From Octopus bimaculoides (Eukaryota): a DNA stretch of 48,801 nucleotides. The notes beneath the pieces are model-generated. The model did no database searches, had not been told where the DNA came from, and saw only the letters and a program-made list of their open reading frames with translations. The stretch lies in the NCBI RefSeq assembly GCF_001194135.2, contig NC_068984.1, positions 71,864,701 to 71,913,501 of the forward strand, written 5' to 3'. A program made the translations under genes and the position numbers. This document shows, one piece after another, positions 11,394 through 24,365 of this stretch (position 1 is the stretch's first letter; each line of letters opens with the position of its first letter).

Positions 11394-12529
11394 ACAAATG
11401 TANNNNNNNNNNTGGAATGCAAAGCAAAACTAAATTCAGATTATATAGCAAAGCTAAAATGAAAAACAATTAGATTTAGCCTAATATCTTTGACATTCTC
11501 GATTTGACCTCACTGCATGGTTTCCAATGTAACTCATACTAAGGGACTAACCAATGGAATGTACATTAGATTGCATAGTAGGAGGAGCATCAGAGACCAT
11601 TGCTACAACTACAATTGATTTCCGCTCTCTAACTTCTTAATTTAAATAGTTTTCATGACATATTTGGATATTCGCTGTCTAAATTGGCAAATAAGGTATG
11701 ATTTCAGTGCTGCAGGCGATTTCTTTCTTTCCCTGTCCATTTATCGCTCTTTGAAGGCATAATGGTAAGGCATCCGCGCAGATAGATATACATCATAAAT
11801 CTTTAATGAGTTTAAGATTTAAATATTGGATTTTTTTGTAAATATTAATTGTATCATTGCTGTCATGAACACGATTTCTCCGAGTAGATGGAATCGAATA
11901 CCTTCGGGTGGAGATATGCAAAATAGGGCCTTAGTGATCCAAGTATCGAATATATTTTCTTTTTCAATTTCAATCAATTTTGTAGCATTTTAGTAGACTA
12001 TAGATATGTGTATACATATGCAAACGTATATATTNNNNNNNNNNNNNNNNNNNNNNNNNNNNNNNNNNNNNNNNNNNNNNNNNNNNNNNNNNNNNNNNNN
12101 NNNNNNNNNNNNNNNNNNNNNNNNNNNNNNNNNNNNNNNNNNNNNNNNNNNNNNNNNNNNNNNNNNNNNNNNNNNNNNNNNNNNNNNNNNNNNNNNNNNN
12201 NNNNNNNNNNNNNNNNNNNNNNNNNNNNNNNNNNNNNNNNNNNNNNNNNNNNNNNNNNNNNNNNNNNNNNNNNNNNNNNNNNNNNNNNNNNNNNNNNNNN
12301 NNNNNNNNNNNNNNNNNNNNNNNNNNNNNNNNNNTATATATATATATATATGTATAGTATTTAGTACGTAGTTGCAGAAATGTGCGTGCGTGTGTGTGTG
12401 TGTGGACGTGTGTGAAATACATTGCTGAATATTCTGTTAGGCAAATCTTGATATTAGTGTGGGATTTTTCTCATATATTTAATGGTTTACTTGTACATCA
12501 AATTGATGCACTAGTAAACCATATTTATT

Positions 12530-12640
12530 TCAGTAAGTGAACCGCGGTCAACATGGGACATCGCCTTGAAGAGCTGTATGGAATAAGTCCTCACAAGTAA
12601 ATATTTTCAGTATGATATTTATTCTCTCGGACATTTTTCT
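12530..12640 (-). mobile_element. Decayed SINE family B tail
   Basis: ACCGCGGTCAACATGGGACATCGCCTTGAAG resembles the reverse complement of the tail at 790-830. Confidence 0.45.
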
Positions 12641-12702
12641 TTTATGTGATTTAAAAAACAATATCACTGATGTTCAAGTAGATGGCTGTCAAACACAAGA
12701 CA

Positions 12703-13250
12703 TACGAGGTCGGATGAATAAGTATCTGGACTGGTGCTATTAAACCAAAACTACAACACGTACCAATTTGGCGTTTAATCTCCTTCAAATTAGTCCCCTT
12801 CGGAAGCCACACATTGCTTCCATTGAGGGACGCTTTCCTACAACTCGTTTTCTGGGATAATCAGCAGCGACCCCGCCGCAAGCACTTTGATTTCCTCCAT
12901 GTCTTAAAATTCCCTTCCTTTCAAGTGGGATTTGATTTTTGGAAAGAGGAAAAAGTCGCAAGTGGCGATATCAGGGGAATAAGGTGTCTGTTGGATCTTG
13001 GGAATGCTGTTCCTAGCCAAAACCTGATGCACAATATGCACAAGATGCGCTAAATGAGCAGGTGCATTGTCAGCTGAGAGCAGCTTTGACACAAATTTCG
13101 CAGACATGCGTCTCATAGGTAAATCTTTAGTGATAATGGACTGAACTGAATTGAAATTAATCTACACATCTGATAACTCGCGGATGGTGATTCAACTATT
13201 TTCCCTCACAGCTGCACGCACATCTGCGATGTTGTTCATGACGACTTCCA
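12703..13250 (-). mobile_element. Mariner (Tc1/mariner, DD34D-type) internal-deletion derivative with 3' TIR
   Basis: ORF 12904-13116 contains SAKFVSKLLS, DNAPAH and PYSPDIATCDFFLFPKIK. TA+CGAGGTCGGATGAATAAGTATCTGGAC at 12703 is TIR-like. The other terminus was not found. Confidence 0.88.
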
Positions 13251-14381
13251 CATAATTTCTGTCTGCTAAATAGATTCTAAACTAATTGGTGCTTGGGGTC
13301 TAACAGTAGATACTTCCTGAATGTGACTATAGTGCAAACCAACCTTATGATCCGCGCTAGTATGCTTCAGACTATTTAAATTATTGTACATTTCTTTACA
13401 TAGTATCGATTACAGATAAGCCTCATATGTTCCTGTTTGATCTTTGGAACATGAAATAATAATGACTTTGAACCATCTCTTTTCAAGTGCAAATACAGTC
13501 TACTACTCGTCTCGTGTATATTATTCAGTTATATAACTAGTTATATACAATCAATTATACAATAATATAGCAAACTGTCAACGTTTGTTACTTTTGAATA
13601 ATCATTTACTACTATAAATACTTTTATACAATATTGTAGACATACTTTTGATCGGAAAATGTACTAATGAATGTCCTGTTACATTTCATACATCAGTTCC
13701 ATTTAGAGTAATTTATGTTTATGTATTGGTTAATGAATTGGAAATGACTTAATACAGAAATGTAAGGAATGACAAAGAAACGAACTGGTGAAAATAGTAC
13801 GAAATGATAGAAATAGCAGTGACATCTTTCATACGTCATGCCAAATTACCTCACAGATGAAAGGAAAAATAACATAAGGACTATATTGATGTAGTATTGC
13901 ATAAATATCTAAAACAAATTAGTTGGATTATTTAGGTATGGAAATGATTAGAACTCAGCTCAAACAAATTCTGAACTTGGGCTAATGAATGACGACATTG
14001 CAACCATATAGCAAGCACACCATGCTAATTTTATATATTTTAACATTTATATTATACAGTTGTTTGTAACAAAGATAAAATTCATTTATAACATACGCTA
14101 AATTTAATGTCCTGTTATTAAAATATAGGAAACGAAGCTAAGAACCGTATACTTATGAACGAAAAAGACTAGATGATCAATGAACTTCTTAGTAATAGCA
14201 GTTATATTTCCTTCAAATTACTCTTCATAAGGAACTCGCAGTTTTCTGACGCATTACTTAACACAGAAAATTTTATAAGGAACAACTTGTTTAACTAGAA
14301 GAAAGTAGGGTGCTATAACCAAGCTAGCACTCTACCTAATTATACACATATACATACATACATACATGTGTGTGTGTGTGT

Positions 14382-14425
<44 letters not shown>

Positions 14426-15354
14426 TTTCCTCCCAGTTTGCACAGGAAATTTCGGCTGCACAACAGTTGACCGTCTTTGTTGATTTTTGTAAACGTATCC
14501 GATATATTTCTAATATATCCCAAGCTGCTAAATGTTTTTGTTACCATTGTTGTTGTTAGTTTTGTTATATTCCTAATGTAACAGTGGCTTTGTGTTCTTT
14601 CGTTTATTTGCTTCCGTAATATATTAACGTTTAGTTTGTTTTACTATTGTTTGGAATGTTCATTCATTTTCCTTTCAAACAGCAGAGACAGACAAATATT
14701 TTGTTTCCTATATTAAATTATCATTTTCTCGGGAAATGCAGGTTATTATTTGTATTTTATATCTTTGTTATATTGCTAACAATAGCGAAAAAAAAATGTT
14801 CTTTCATGTTTCGAAAGAACCAGTAAGAATTAGATTACATTTGAACTTTTCTTCATGTTTGGCTAAGTCATGGAAAATATACCGCTGCTGACTACAAAAT
14901 TTCTAGTCAACACCACAGCACTATCACCGTGGTACTTTTGTATTTGCTCCTGAACAATAAAGCCAACATTTCTGGTTGGATTCAGTTTGACAGTGTTATC
15001 GGTCAGTAAACAAGACATTTTTATGAAAGTGTATCATGAATTTTTATTTGTAAGGTAAATTTCATGTATGTGAATAACTATCAGTAATTTATAGGTGCGG
15101 AGAGCGACGATAATTTGGTAAATTCACAATTTCACTTTGAAAATGGATTCGTGTATTTTATGTATTATAACTCATAATTTGTTTAGGAAAAATAAACGAA
15201 ATTCACAATATTAGAAACGAGTAAATATATTTTGCTCAGTGTTATGTAAACAAGACTGTATGCTCCCTTTATGATATTTGTGTCTTATATAACAAAAATA
15301 GGCGGACACGTACATATACTTATGCTAGCACACAGGCACGAATTTATTCGACAA

Positions 15355-15600
15355 GTATGTTTCCCAACCACATGGTTTTGGTTTCAGTCCCATAGCGTGG
15401 CATATTCGATGAGTGACTTCAACTATGTCCTTGGGTGGACCAAAGCCTTGCAACCGGATTTGCTCGACGGAAACTGAAAGAAGCCTGTCATGTATATGTG
15501 TATGTGTATATATATATGTGTGTATGTAAATATATATACATATATGTGTGTGTGTGTAAATATATATATATCTATGTATATATATATTTATCTGTAAAAT
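15355..15600 (+). mobile_element. SINE family B 5' half running into a TA/TG tract
   Basis: CCAACCACATGGTTTTGGTTTCAGTCCC...GACCAAAGCCTTG...GACGGAAACTGAAAGAAGCCTGTC is collinear with 23076-23235. Confidence 0.8.
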
Positions 15601-16044
15601 ATAGGGTAGCGAGTTGTTTGTTTTTAGAAATTTAACTACCAGTGGCATAGCATGTATAAAAATTCAATAGACAACATATTCGCAATATAAAATAGTCTAC
15701 ATTTAAACACAAGAGAAACTGCCTTCAAAATGCAGATTTACACGCTAAAAGTAGTCAAAACGACCAAAACCACAATTAAGAGCAATATTCAAAAGGAATG
15801 AAAAACAAAAACGTTTACCTTGTTATTTTATTCCGGTCAGTTCTCGGTTTCAACATTTTTTTAGCAAATAAAATAATTTTCAAGGCGAATTTCTCATCCG
15901 TGACGGCGTCATAACTTTAACGTATAATTAAGAGACGAATAGCACGTGTCTCATCGTTAGACATTATAATATCTTAAATTCAACGCGCAAAGGAAAGACA
16001 ACGGCCGATACACCTTGGTGCTTTAACGTCGAAACTCATTTCTA

Positions 16045-16225
16045 CAGTTGCATGAACACGCTACGGACGATATCCAAAGGATTTGATTTCCTCCACGTCC
16101 TAAAATATCCTTCCTTTCAAGCGGGATTTGATTTTTGGAAAAAGGAAAAAAGTTGCAAGGGGTGATATGAGGGGAATAAGGTGGCTATCGGATCTTGGGA
16201 ATGCTGTTCCTAGGCAAAATATATC
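16045..16225 (-). mobile_element. Mariner transposase 3' fragment related to 12703-13250
   Basis: GATTTCCTCCACGTCCTAAAATATCCTTCCTTTCAAGCGGGATTTGATTTTTGGAA...GGATCTTGGGAATGCTGTTCCTAG closely matches 12890-13020. Confidence 0.85.
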
Positions 16226-16229
16226 ATCC

Positions 16230-16365
16230 GTAGCGTGGTGAGGAGAGGCAGTTACGCATGGGCGACTACTGGTCTTCCATTAACAACTTAGCCTGAACTT
16301 GCGCCTCGGCGGGGAACTTCCGAGATGCAATCCCATGGTTATTCATGAACAAATGGGGTCTTTAC
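16230..16365 (+). mobile_element. SINE family C 3' portion
   Basis: GGTGAGGAGAGGCAGTTACGCATGGGCGACTACTGGTCTTCC...GGGGAACTT...TTCATGAACAAATGGGGTCTTTAC parallels 22910-23035. Confidence 0.55.
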
Positions 16366-17258
16366 TATTTATATGAATAAATTGATATTTGGTTGTCTTA
16401 TCTGTAATTTTTATACATACATATCCACCGAGTGGATGTGTATGAACATAATAATTATTAAGTTATTATAAAATGAGGTTAATTCCTATACAAAGGTTTG
16501 TTATACCAAATATATAAATAGGTAAATAATTATTGCGACATGAAGTATATACGTTTCTATTGAGCAATACGTAGAACTATTATCTGTTGTTTTTATTCTT
16601 TAGTTATTTAGTTATTTAGTTATCTGTTAAGCATAACGTAGAATTCTTGTCTCCAATATTTTTTTTCTTTAGATATCCAGTGACGTCGCAAATGTTAGTA
16701 GATAGATATACTCGTTTTCTACGTTAGTCTTTTTTATGTAGATATCAAAATGTCAAAACGTATTGAATTAGTATGATATATTTTATGTTTTATTTTTATG
16801 AACTAAACTAATTGTTCAGTCACGTCGCTCTTGGTTGAATGAATGAATATCTAAAGTTGAATTCCGTTTGGCGTTTCTTCATGTTAGCGTATTTTTGGCA
16901 GCTGAAATTTTTTCAGATGTTGACTTAGAATTTCATCAATTTGGATTACCTTGATAATGTCTTGACAACAAGTTTCGTAATATTATTATTAATTTCAATA
17001 ATATTATGTATATATACATGTATGTGTGTGTTAATGCAATTGAAACAATTGTTGGTTTTTTTAATGCGTGATCTAAAATAAAGGTATTATTGATTGTTGT
17101 TAATAATCTGAATTTCTTCAGATTCTGCATAAGGATTGTTACTTTTACCTGTCGTATATGATGATTTATCTGGGATTTGTATTCTACATTCTGATTTCTG
17201 TTTACCTGAATGTCAATGTCTCACTCTCTCTCTCAATCATATACTGACATACACACAC

Positions 17259-17309
<51 letters not shown>

Positions 17310-18481
17310 TGTGTTTGTGTGTGTGTGTTTGCAGTTTAATGTGCCTGCCAGTGACCTAGATTTTAGTATTAGCTATATTATAACGGATTTGATATATAGT
17401 GAGATTCCGCAAAATGAACTCAGTGCAATTTAAATGAGAATAGTTTTAATGTAAAGAAATTGATAAATCTACTATGATTCGTATACTTTAAACAAAATAT
17501 TTATAAAAATTATTATTGCAAAACAATCCTTAATTAAAACAGACGGAAAGAATCAATATTGTATGTGAAAGTCAAATAAAGCCTCAGATTGCTAGAGACC
17601 ATTACTGAAATCAGATGGGAAGCAGTTTCATATGCAATGATGTTTACCTATTATAATATATATAACTCCCGTTATCAGAAATTTGCTTGTTTTATAGATT
17701 GTTAACGCTTTAATTAAAAGATGTTAATTTGGAACATAATTGTTCAGAGTGTCTTTATAAAGTTTGGTCGGTCACAATAATCGCTGAGGAGTACTGGTAG
17801 CTTTCCTTAAATAACAATTTGTTTCTTTATTTTCTATAATATATATATATGTACGTTTTACTCTAAAATCGCTTCTCAGTTTGTTGTATGAAAGAACTCT
17901 GAAATATGTATAAATTCGCAGTTAAGATGCCCTGTGAATCGCAATTTCTCAGATTGTAGACAACGTATCTTATAATAGACAAAAAATAAAGGCGAAAATT
18001 GAACATATGACAACTAATTCGAAACATTCAAATACCGTTTACTATAATGCCATTGGCATGAACACAATATTATTCCATTTGGTTAAAATTAGAATAATAC
18101 GTCTATGTCTCTATCACACACAGATATACACACACACCACACTTACACTCACACACATATGCACACACACGCATGTATATTTTTAATTGCGAATTAAGTA
18201 GCTTTACAAACGTAAACAATATCGATCTACCACATATAAAGTGTGGGGTCTTTTTCCCTTTTTACACGCCGACTTTGTTGCAGGTTATCGTCCTGCAAAT
18301 GTTAAAGATCGAAGTGGATCGCTGGTCGAGGAATGTTTACTTTACCAGACTTGCTTTTAATTTACAACTTAATTTATTTCGCATGTGCTAATCCGTAGCA
18401 CATCAGATAATATTCTTCCTTCTATTTGAATATAAGACAAACACAAGCGATTCATTCCGTTTGAAGACGATCCACGTACAG

Positions 18482-18634
18482 GGCATTGATAAGTCAAAAT
18501 AATGGTGAAATATGGACATCAGCAGTACTTGGATTCCGAGTTGAGTGGCTACGCTTGGTCTGTCACATTCAAACATTCGATAATCTTTATAACTCAGCAT
18601 CGTTTAGTAGATGTTTCCTGGCTACTATTCTGCA
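18482..18634 (+). CDS. Candidate internal exon (153 nt, phase 2-2) of an unidentified host gene
   Basis: ACGTACAG| acceptor, |GTAAGT donor, open frame ALISQNNGEIWTSAVLGFRVEWLRLVCHIQTFDNLYNSASFSRCFLATIL. No homolog recognised. Confidence 0.4.
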
Positions 18635-19024
18635 GTAAGTTTTGATTATAAACAAATCAAAACATACGNNNNNNNNNNNNNNNNNNNNNNNNNNNNNNNN
18701 NNNNNNNNNNNNNNNNNNNNNNNNNNNNNNNNNNNNNNNNNNNNNNNNNNNNNNNNNNNNNNNNNNNNNNNNNNNNNNNNNNNNNNNNNNNNNNNNNNNN
18801 NNNNNNNNNNNNNNNNNNNNNNNNNNNNNNNNNNNNNNNNNNNNNNNNNNNNNNNNNNNNNNNNNNNNNNNNNNNNNNNNNNNNNNNNNNNNNNNNNNNN
18901 NNNNNNNNNNNNNNNNNNNNNNNNNNNNNNNNNNNNNNNNNNNNNNNNNNNNNNNNNNNNNNNNNNNNNNNNNNNNNNNNNNNNNNNNNNNNNNNNNNNN
19001 NNNNNNNNNNNNNNNNNNNNNNNN

Positions 19025-19290
19025 ATATATGTGTACACATACATAAATATACATATATGCATACATATATACATATATACATATATACATATATACATAT
19101 ATATACACACACACATATATATATATATAAATATACATATACACACACGCATATATATACACATACATATATATATACTTATATATACACACGTACATAT
19201 ATATATATCTACAGATACATATGTCTACACACATACAAACGCACACATATGCATGTATACACGCACTAACGCATGTTTGTGCGTGTGTGT
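19025..19290. repeat. Complex (TA/CA) low-complexity tract next to a gap
   Basis: Direct read. Confidence 0.95.
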
Positions 19291-20206
19291 AATAAACAAA
19301 AGAGAGAGAAAATGATAAATATACCCGGAGGCTCTGATGTATAATAATAACGACGTGATCAATTTAATTAATGGCGTGATACGGTGTAAAGGTTTGTAAC
19401 AGCAGAGGTGTGGACGATAATTAACATAGTATTGCAAATGTTGGTGATGATACAGATAATAATGGCCGTGTCAGTTGCGATAATTGTTATCAATAGCTAT
19501 GATAAGGACGATAATGACGTTGGTGGATGTGGTGGCGTTGTTCGTGTTGATGGTGACATTAATAGTGCTACTGCTGGTTGTTTTAGGTAGAATGGTATTT
19601 AATCCAAATGGTTTTGTCAGTGTTGCATGTGAAAAAAATTGGAGCCGGTACCTGTTATATCGTTTTTCGAATGAATAATCCCAAGCGGAGAGTAATATAT
19701 ATTTACACGGTTATCCGTTCAAAGCCGAAAAATGTGTCATTGCGTGATAATCGCACAACTGGTGATACGCATGCACACTCACGTAATCTTGCTCACACGC
19801 AAGAGCGAAGGAAACCATCTGACTTATACACACACGCATACATACATACGTACATACACACATACATACACGCGTGGAACTACACACGTGTACACTGACA
19901 CCATATGGATGGCAATAATCATTCACATGATGTCAGAGTGCATACACACATATGGAAGTGTACACACATATATACAATCCAAGATGCACTCATACATACA
20001 TACATATCTTAATGCGTACCGTACATATAAACGCCAACAGATAATCACGCACTTAAAAACACACGAACACAGTCATACGAGCATTTGTGCTCACGAGGAA
20101 CTACGCAACGCCATTTAAGACAAGAAATATAAGTATCAAATTATCAGCATATTTGACAATGAAGATAACATGAAATGTGACTATTGTTCTATCTGTCTTG
20201 CCTGTC

Positions 20207-20207
<1 letters not shown>

Positions 20208-20277
<70 letters not shown>
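20208..20277. repeat. (CT)n microsatellite
   Basis: Direct read. Confidence 0.98.
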
Positions 20278-20279
<2 letters not shown>

Positions 20280-21607
20280 CTTGCACTATTCTCCTATTAT
20301 TCTATCTACTTGGTATTTTCCAATGACAAAACCCTTCTAGGAAATGCCAGTTATTCAAGATCACACGGTGACCAAAAATGAATGTTGAGTATCTATGCTC
20401 ATGGATGTCTAAATTTCCATAGATTAAATCATTGTAATGTCATATTTCACATTGCAACTTCATAAGTTGTAAAGATCTGAGTAGATGAATCAAGACATCC
20501 TCGCATATGCACGTCATTCCCTCCAGAAGTAGCGTGTGGATTTTCATTTTCACAAAAGCTTGTGAAATCTTATTCACTCATGTAAATTTCTAAGCACATA
20601 TGATTAAGTTTGCAAAATTTTATTTCCGCCCTCGATCTGCTAAATAATATATTTAGTAACTACTTTGGAAACACGGGAAATAGATATTGGATATTATTGC
20701 AACGGTAGTGTTTCATTAATTATCAATCACTAGCCGTCGTTTAGGTGAATAATTAAAAACTTTTGTAAATGTTAGATATCTTATATTGCAATATCCGTTA
20801 TCACGTCTTTCACTTAAGCAATGTTTCAATTTAACCAAATAAAGTAATTCTTTTGTAGTTATGTTCGCAACAGTAGGAGTTTAGAAACAATAATTTCATG
20901 GAAATAAATTATTTAATAAGGAGAAACAAATGCAGTGTTTTATCTATTATCCCGATTTACTTTCTGCATAAACCGATTTCCTGAAGCCTTTTAAGCATGA
21001 ATATGCAACTCTAGTAACTTTAAACTCGTTTATCAGCATTTATCACAATTTATACACTTTTATACGACAAAGTTATATGTTCAAAGTTTTATGAATGATA
21101 CCATGTGAAGGGAATATGAGTCCATAGTATCACTCACTGCTATTAAATTTCTATCAATCTCATGCTTTATTATTTTCTCTAAAACATTTTATAATAGGGT
21201 GTATGCAAATGTAATTGCCATACAAATAATAATGAAAATTATAGAGTTACTGAATGTGCAAGTAGAATTAACTAACAGGTATATAGACCAGTAGTTCCCA
21301 ACACTTTTATTAAGATAATTNNNNNNNNNNNNNNNNNNNNNNNNNNNNNNNNNNNNNNNNNNNNNNNNNNNNNNNNNNNNNNNNNNNNNNNNNNNNNNNN
21401 NNNNNNNNNNNNNNNNNNNNNNNNNNNNNNNNNNNNNNNNNNNNNNNNNNNNNNNNNNNNNNNNNNNNNNNNNNNNNNNNNNNNNNNNNNNNNNNNNNNN
21501 NNNNNNNNNNNNNNNNNNNNNNNNTTGGGAACCAGTGATATAGACGATAAAGGAATATATGTTTAGTTTCTTGTACCTCAAGAAATATCAATCTCTATCT
21601 CACACTG

Positions 21608-21608
<1 letters not shown>

Positions 21609-21656
<48 letters not shown>
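21609..21656. repeat. (CA)n microsatellite
   Basis: Direct read. Confidence 0.98.
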
Positions 21657-21658
<2 letters not shown>

Positions 21659-22714
21659 AACAATAGCTGAAATTGTACATTTTGTTCTTAATTTTTCGAT
21701 GAAATAGCACACCCCAAGTAGCTGAAAGGACATTCATGGCCTTTTATTTGTTTTGTTCGTCTCAGGCATCGGATTCAAGCCCTGATATGACTCTGCCTTG
21801 CAGTGTTTAGAGGAATAAATATGAAGCAATGCTGCACTGCCGCTCACATAGATTCATGTCTTGTGAGAATGCGCAGCTGAAATAGTATATTCAATTGTAT
21901 TCCCTATAAAACTGTCGCAAACGAGAATGCATTTTTGTTGTGGCATTATTTTAAGGAGGTCATTTATGTATAACAAGTGAACTTACTCAAAGACAATCAG
22001 TAATCCATCATTCAAAATAGACTCATGCAAATTTTCATTAAGGTAGTATGAAGGGGATTACACATATCCATGCATATCTGCTTTCGTTGCATTAATAAAC
22101 GCATACAAATGCTTTGATGATACTGAATGTCAAAATAAATCATTATTCCTTATTAAATATATTATCAAATATCTGGGTGTGCTGTCGTTTGTAAACTGTA
22201 AAATAGAAATTAGATTTAACACTGTAGCTTTGTTTTACGAATACTACAATGCAAATTTAGAATACTGACTTGTTCTCGACAAATGGGTTCGGTGTGGATG
22301 ATAAGATGAGTATTGTCGCGCATTCACCATATATACGGAATAACTATAGTAATATGCTTAAATTATTTATCCTTCGGTACACACGTTGTAATGTAAAAAG
22401 TACTCAAACCTCTCCTAGGTTTACACTCCAAGTCGGCCGGAAACACTTACTGAAAAAAATTCCTTTGGTCATACCATATTGACTTAAAAGGAATAGGTTG
22501 AAGGATCATAGTCTTATATACATATACACTGTGCCTTTAAAGAGGAGGGTTTGGTTTTGGTTGGGACGCTTTTCTTGAGATAATTCATCGATCATTATGA
22601 TGAAATGGACTCCTCCAAAATCATACACGCAAAATGGAGATGAACTAATATCTTATATAGATATCATTCCATTCAATGTATTATTTTTAATCTATGGAAT
22701 CTATTTGATATAAT

Positions 22715-23035
22715 TAGCTGAATCGTTAGAGTGTCGGGCTCACAATCATAAGGTTATGCTTTCGATTCCTGGACTGGGTTGTGCTCTTGGCAGCACGCTC
22801 TATTTTACGTTGTTCCAATTCGCTCACCTGTAGAAATGAGTGGTGTCGTCACTGGTGCCATGCTGTATCGGCATTTGTCTTTCCTTTGATTAATATCGGT
22901 ACCATGGAAAGGTGAGGCTGGTATGCATGTACGACAGCAGGTATTCCGTAAAGAACCATGCCAAAACTTGTGTCCCCGAGCGGAACTTGCTAGGTGCACT
23001 TCAATCTTCATTCATGACCGAAGGGGATTTCTACT
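22715..23035 (+). mobile_element. SINE family C, near-complete, with tRNA-like head
   Basis: AGCTGAATCGTTAGAGTGTCGGGCTCACAATCATAAGGTTATGCTTTCGATTCCTGG has A-box and B-box-like spacing; the tail is shared with 16230-16365. Confidence 0.7.
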
Positions 23036-23075
23036 TTTTGTTTTTGCAAACTTTTCTTAAACTTCCATGGACATA

Positions 23076-23375
23076 GGCGTAGGAGCGGCTGTGTGGTAAG
23101 TAGCTTGCTTACGAACCGCATGGTTTCAGGTTCCCACTGCCTGGCACCTTGGGTAAGTGTCTTCTACTATAGCCTTGGGCCGACCAAAGCATTGTGAGTG
23201 GATTTGATAGACGGAAACTGAAAGACACCCGTCGTATGTATGTATATATATATGTATATACATACATACATATATNNNNNNNNNNNNNNTATGTATGTAT
23301 GTATGTATGTATGTATGTATGTATGTGTATATGTTTGTGTGTCTGTGTTTGTCTCCCCAACATCGCTTGACCCCA
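23076..23375 (+). mobile_element. SINE family B (head, internal TATG tract/gap, start of tail)
   Basis: GGCGTAGGAGCGGCTGTGTGGTAAG (A-box-like)...GGCACCTTGGGTAAGTGTCTTCTACTATAGCC...GACGGAAACTGAAAG...CCCAACATCGCTTGAC. Confidence 0.88.
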
Positions 23376-23432
23376 GTAGTTACTCTTTTCAAGCTTGTAA
23401 CTTATCCCATCTGTGCTTGTTGCTGATCTGCT

Positions 23433-23655
23433 TGGCCACCGGGACGAAAACTCACAACACTGGCTGTCAAGCGGCAGTGTGTAGCACACACACACACACA
23501 TACACATCTGTATATATAATACATACATACATACATACATACATATTCGATAGGCTCCTTTCAGATTCTGTCTGCCAAATCCACTCACAAGGCTTTGGCT
23601 GGCCAGAGATTATAGTAGAACACATTTGTCAAGGTGACATGCTGTGGGACTGAGA
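23433..23655 (-). mobile_element. SINE family B, inverted copy
   Basis: The reverse complement reads CAGTCCCACAGCATGTCACCTTGACAAATGTGTTCTACTAT...CCAAAGCCTTGTGAGTGGATTTGGCAGAC, then a TATG tract, then CGCTTGACAGCC. Confidence 0.85.
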
Positions 23656-23707
23656 AGCCAGCATCTTCACAAAAAGCCACGTATACTGTTTAAATATTCT
23701 TTTTCTT

Positions 23708-23907
23708 AGCACAAGGCCCGAAATTTTGGGGGAGGGGCCAATCGATTAGATCGACACCAGTACGCAACTGGTACTTAATTTATCGTTCCCGAAAGGATGG
23801 AAGGTAAAGTCGACATCGGCAAAATTTGAACTCAGAACGTCAAGACAGACGAAATACCGCTATGCATTTCCCCCGGCGTACTAAAATTTCCGCCAGCTTG
23901 CCGCTTT
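23708..23907 (-). mobile_element. SINE family A, near full length
   Basis: The reverse complement begins AAAGCGGCAAGCTGGCGGAAATTTTAGTACGCCGGGG...GAGTTCAAATTTTGCCGATGTCGAC (A-box/B-box-like). Confidence 0.9.
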
Positions 23908-24309
23908 ATAGTGTTTAAATATTAAGCATATACTGTTGATGATTATATCCTCTTGTCAAATTATTCATTCTAAAGATAGTAACTCGACCTAAATTAATGC
24001 TGTGGATTTCCATTGCTTCTGTTAAAATATTTCAGGCCAGTGTCCATTTTTATACCTGGATCAAAAATGGACATAATTCAATCACGACTACATTGAGTTA
24101 GTGTTACAATAGTTTTTTTCTAAGTGGTGATTTAGTATAATCAATAGATGATTGATCCATTGTTTTGCAGTGTTTTTACCGAATTCGTACCATATTTTAC
24201 CAGTCTGAGTTCAAATTACGTTGAGATTAAACTTGCCCTTCGTGTAATGAATTATCATTTACTTGATTAGTTTATCCTGTCTTCCATTCCTTCACTCGCT
24301 CTTTTATAG

Positions 24310-24365
24310 TGAAATCATTCAAGAGGCGACACCTGTCCTTTGACTTCTACTCCATGTTTTCGTTG
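24310..24365 (+). CDS. Candidate internal exon (56 nt)
   Basis: Strong pyrimidine acceptor (CTCGCTCTTTTATAG|) and TTG|GTAAGT donor. Only the phase 1-to-0 frame is stop-free (KSFKRRHLSFDFYSMFSL). Confidence 0.4.

Noticed and set aside
11560-11800. Minus-strand frames with single in-frame TAA (also about 21980-22130) as evidence of systematic stop recoding by RNA editing
   Set aside because: TAA is very frequent in this AT-rich DNA, and there is no homolog to show the frames are real.
14683-15001. Plus-strand exon candidates 14683-14741 and 14867-15001, and 11650-11695
   Set aside because: At least one weak splice site each, ambiguous frames, and no recognisable peptide.
22715-22780. tRNA gene
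   Set aside because: The tRNA-like A/B boxes are followed by SINE body, and I see no complete cloverleaf. The same applies to the heads of families A and B.
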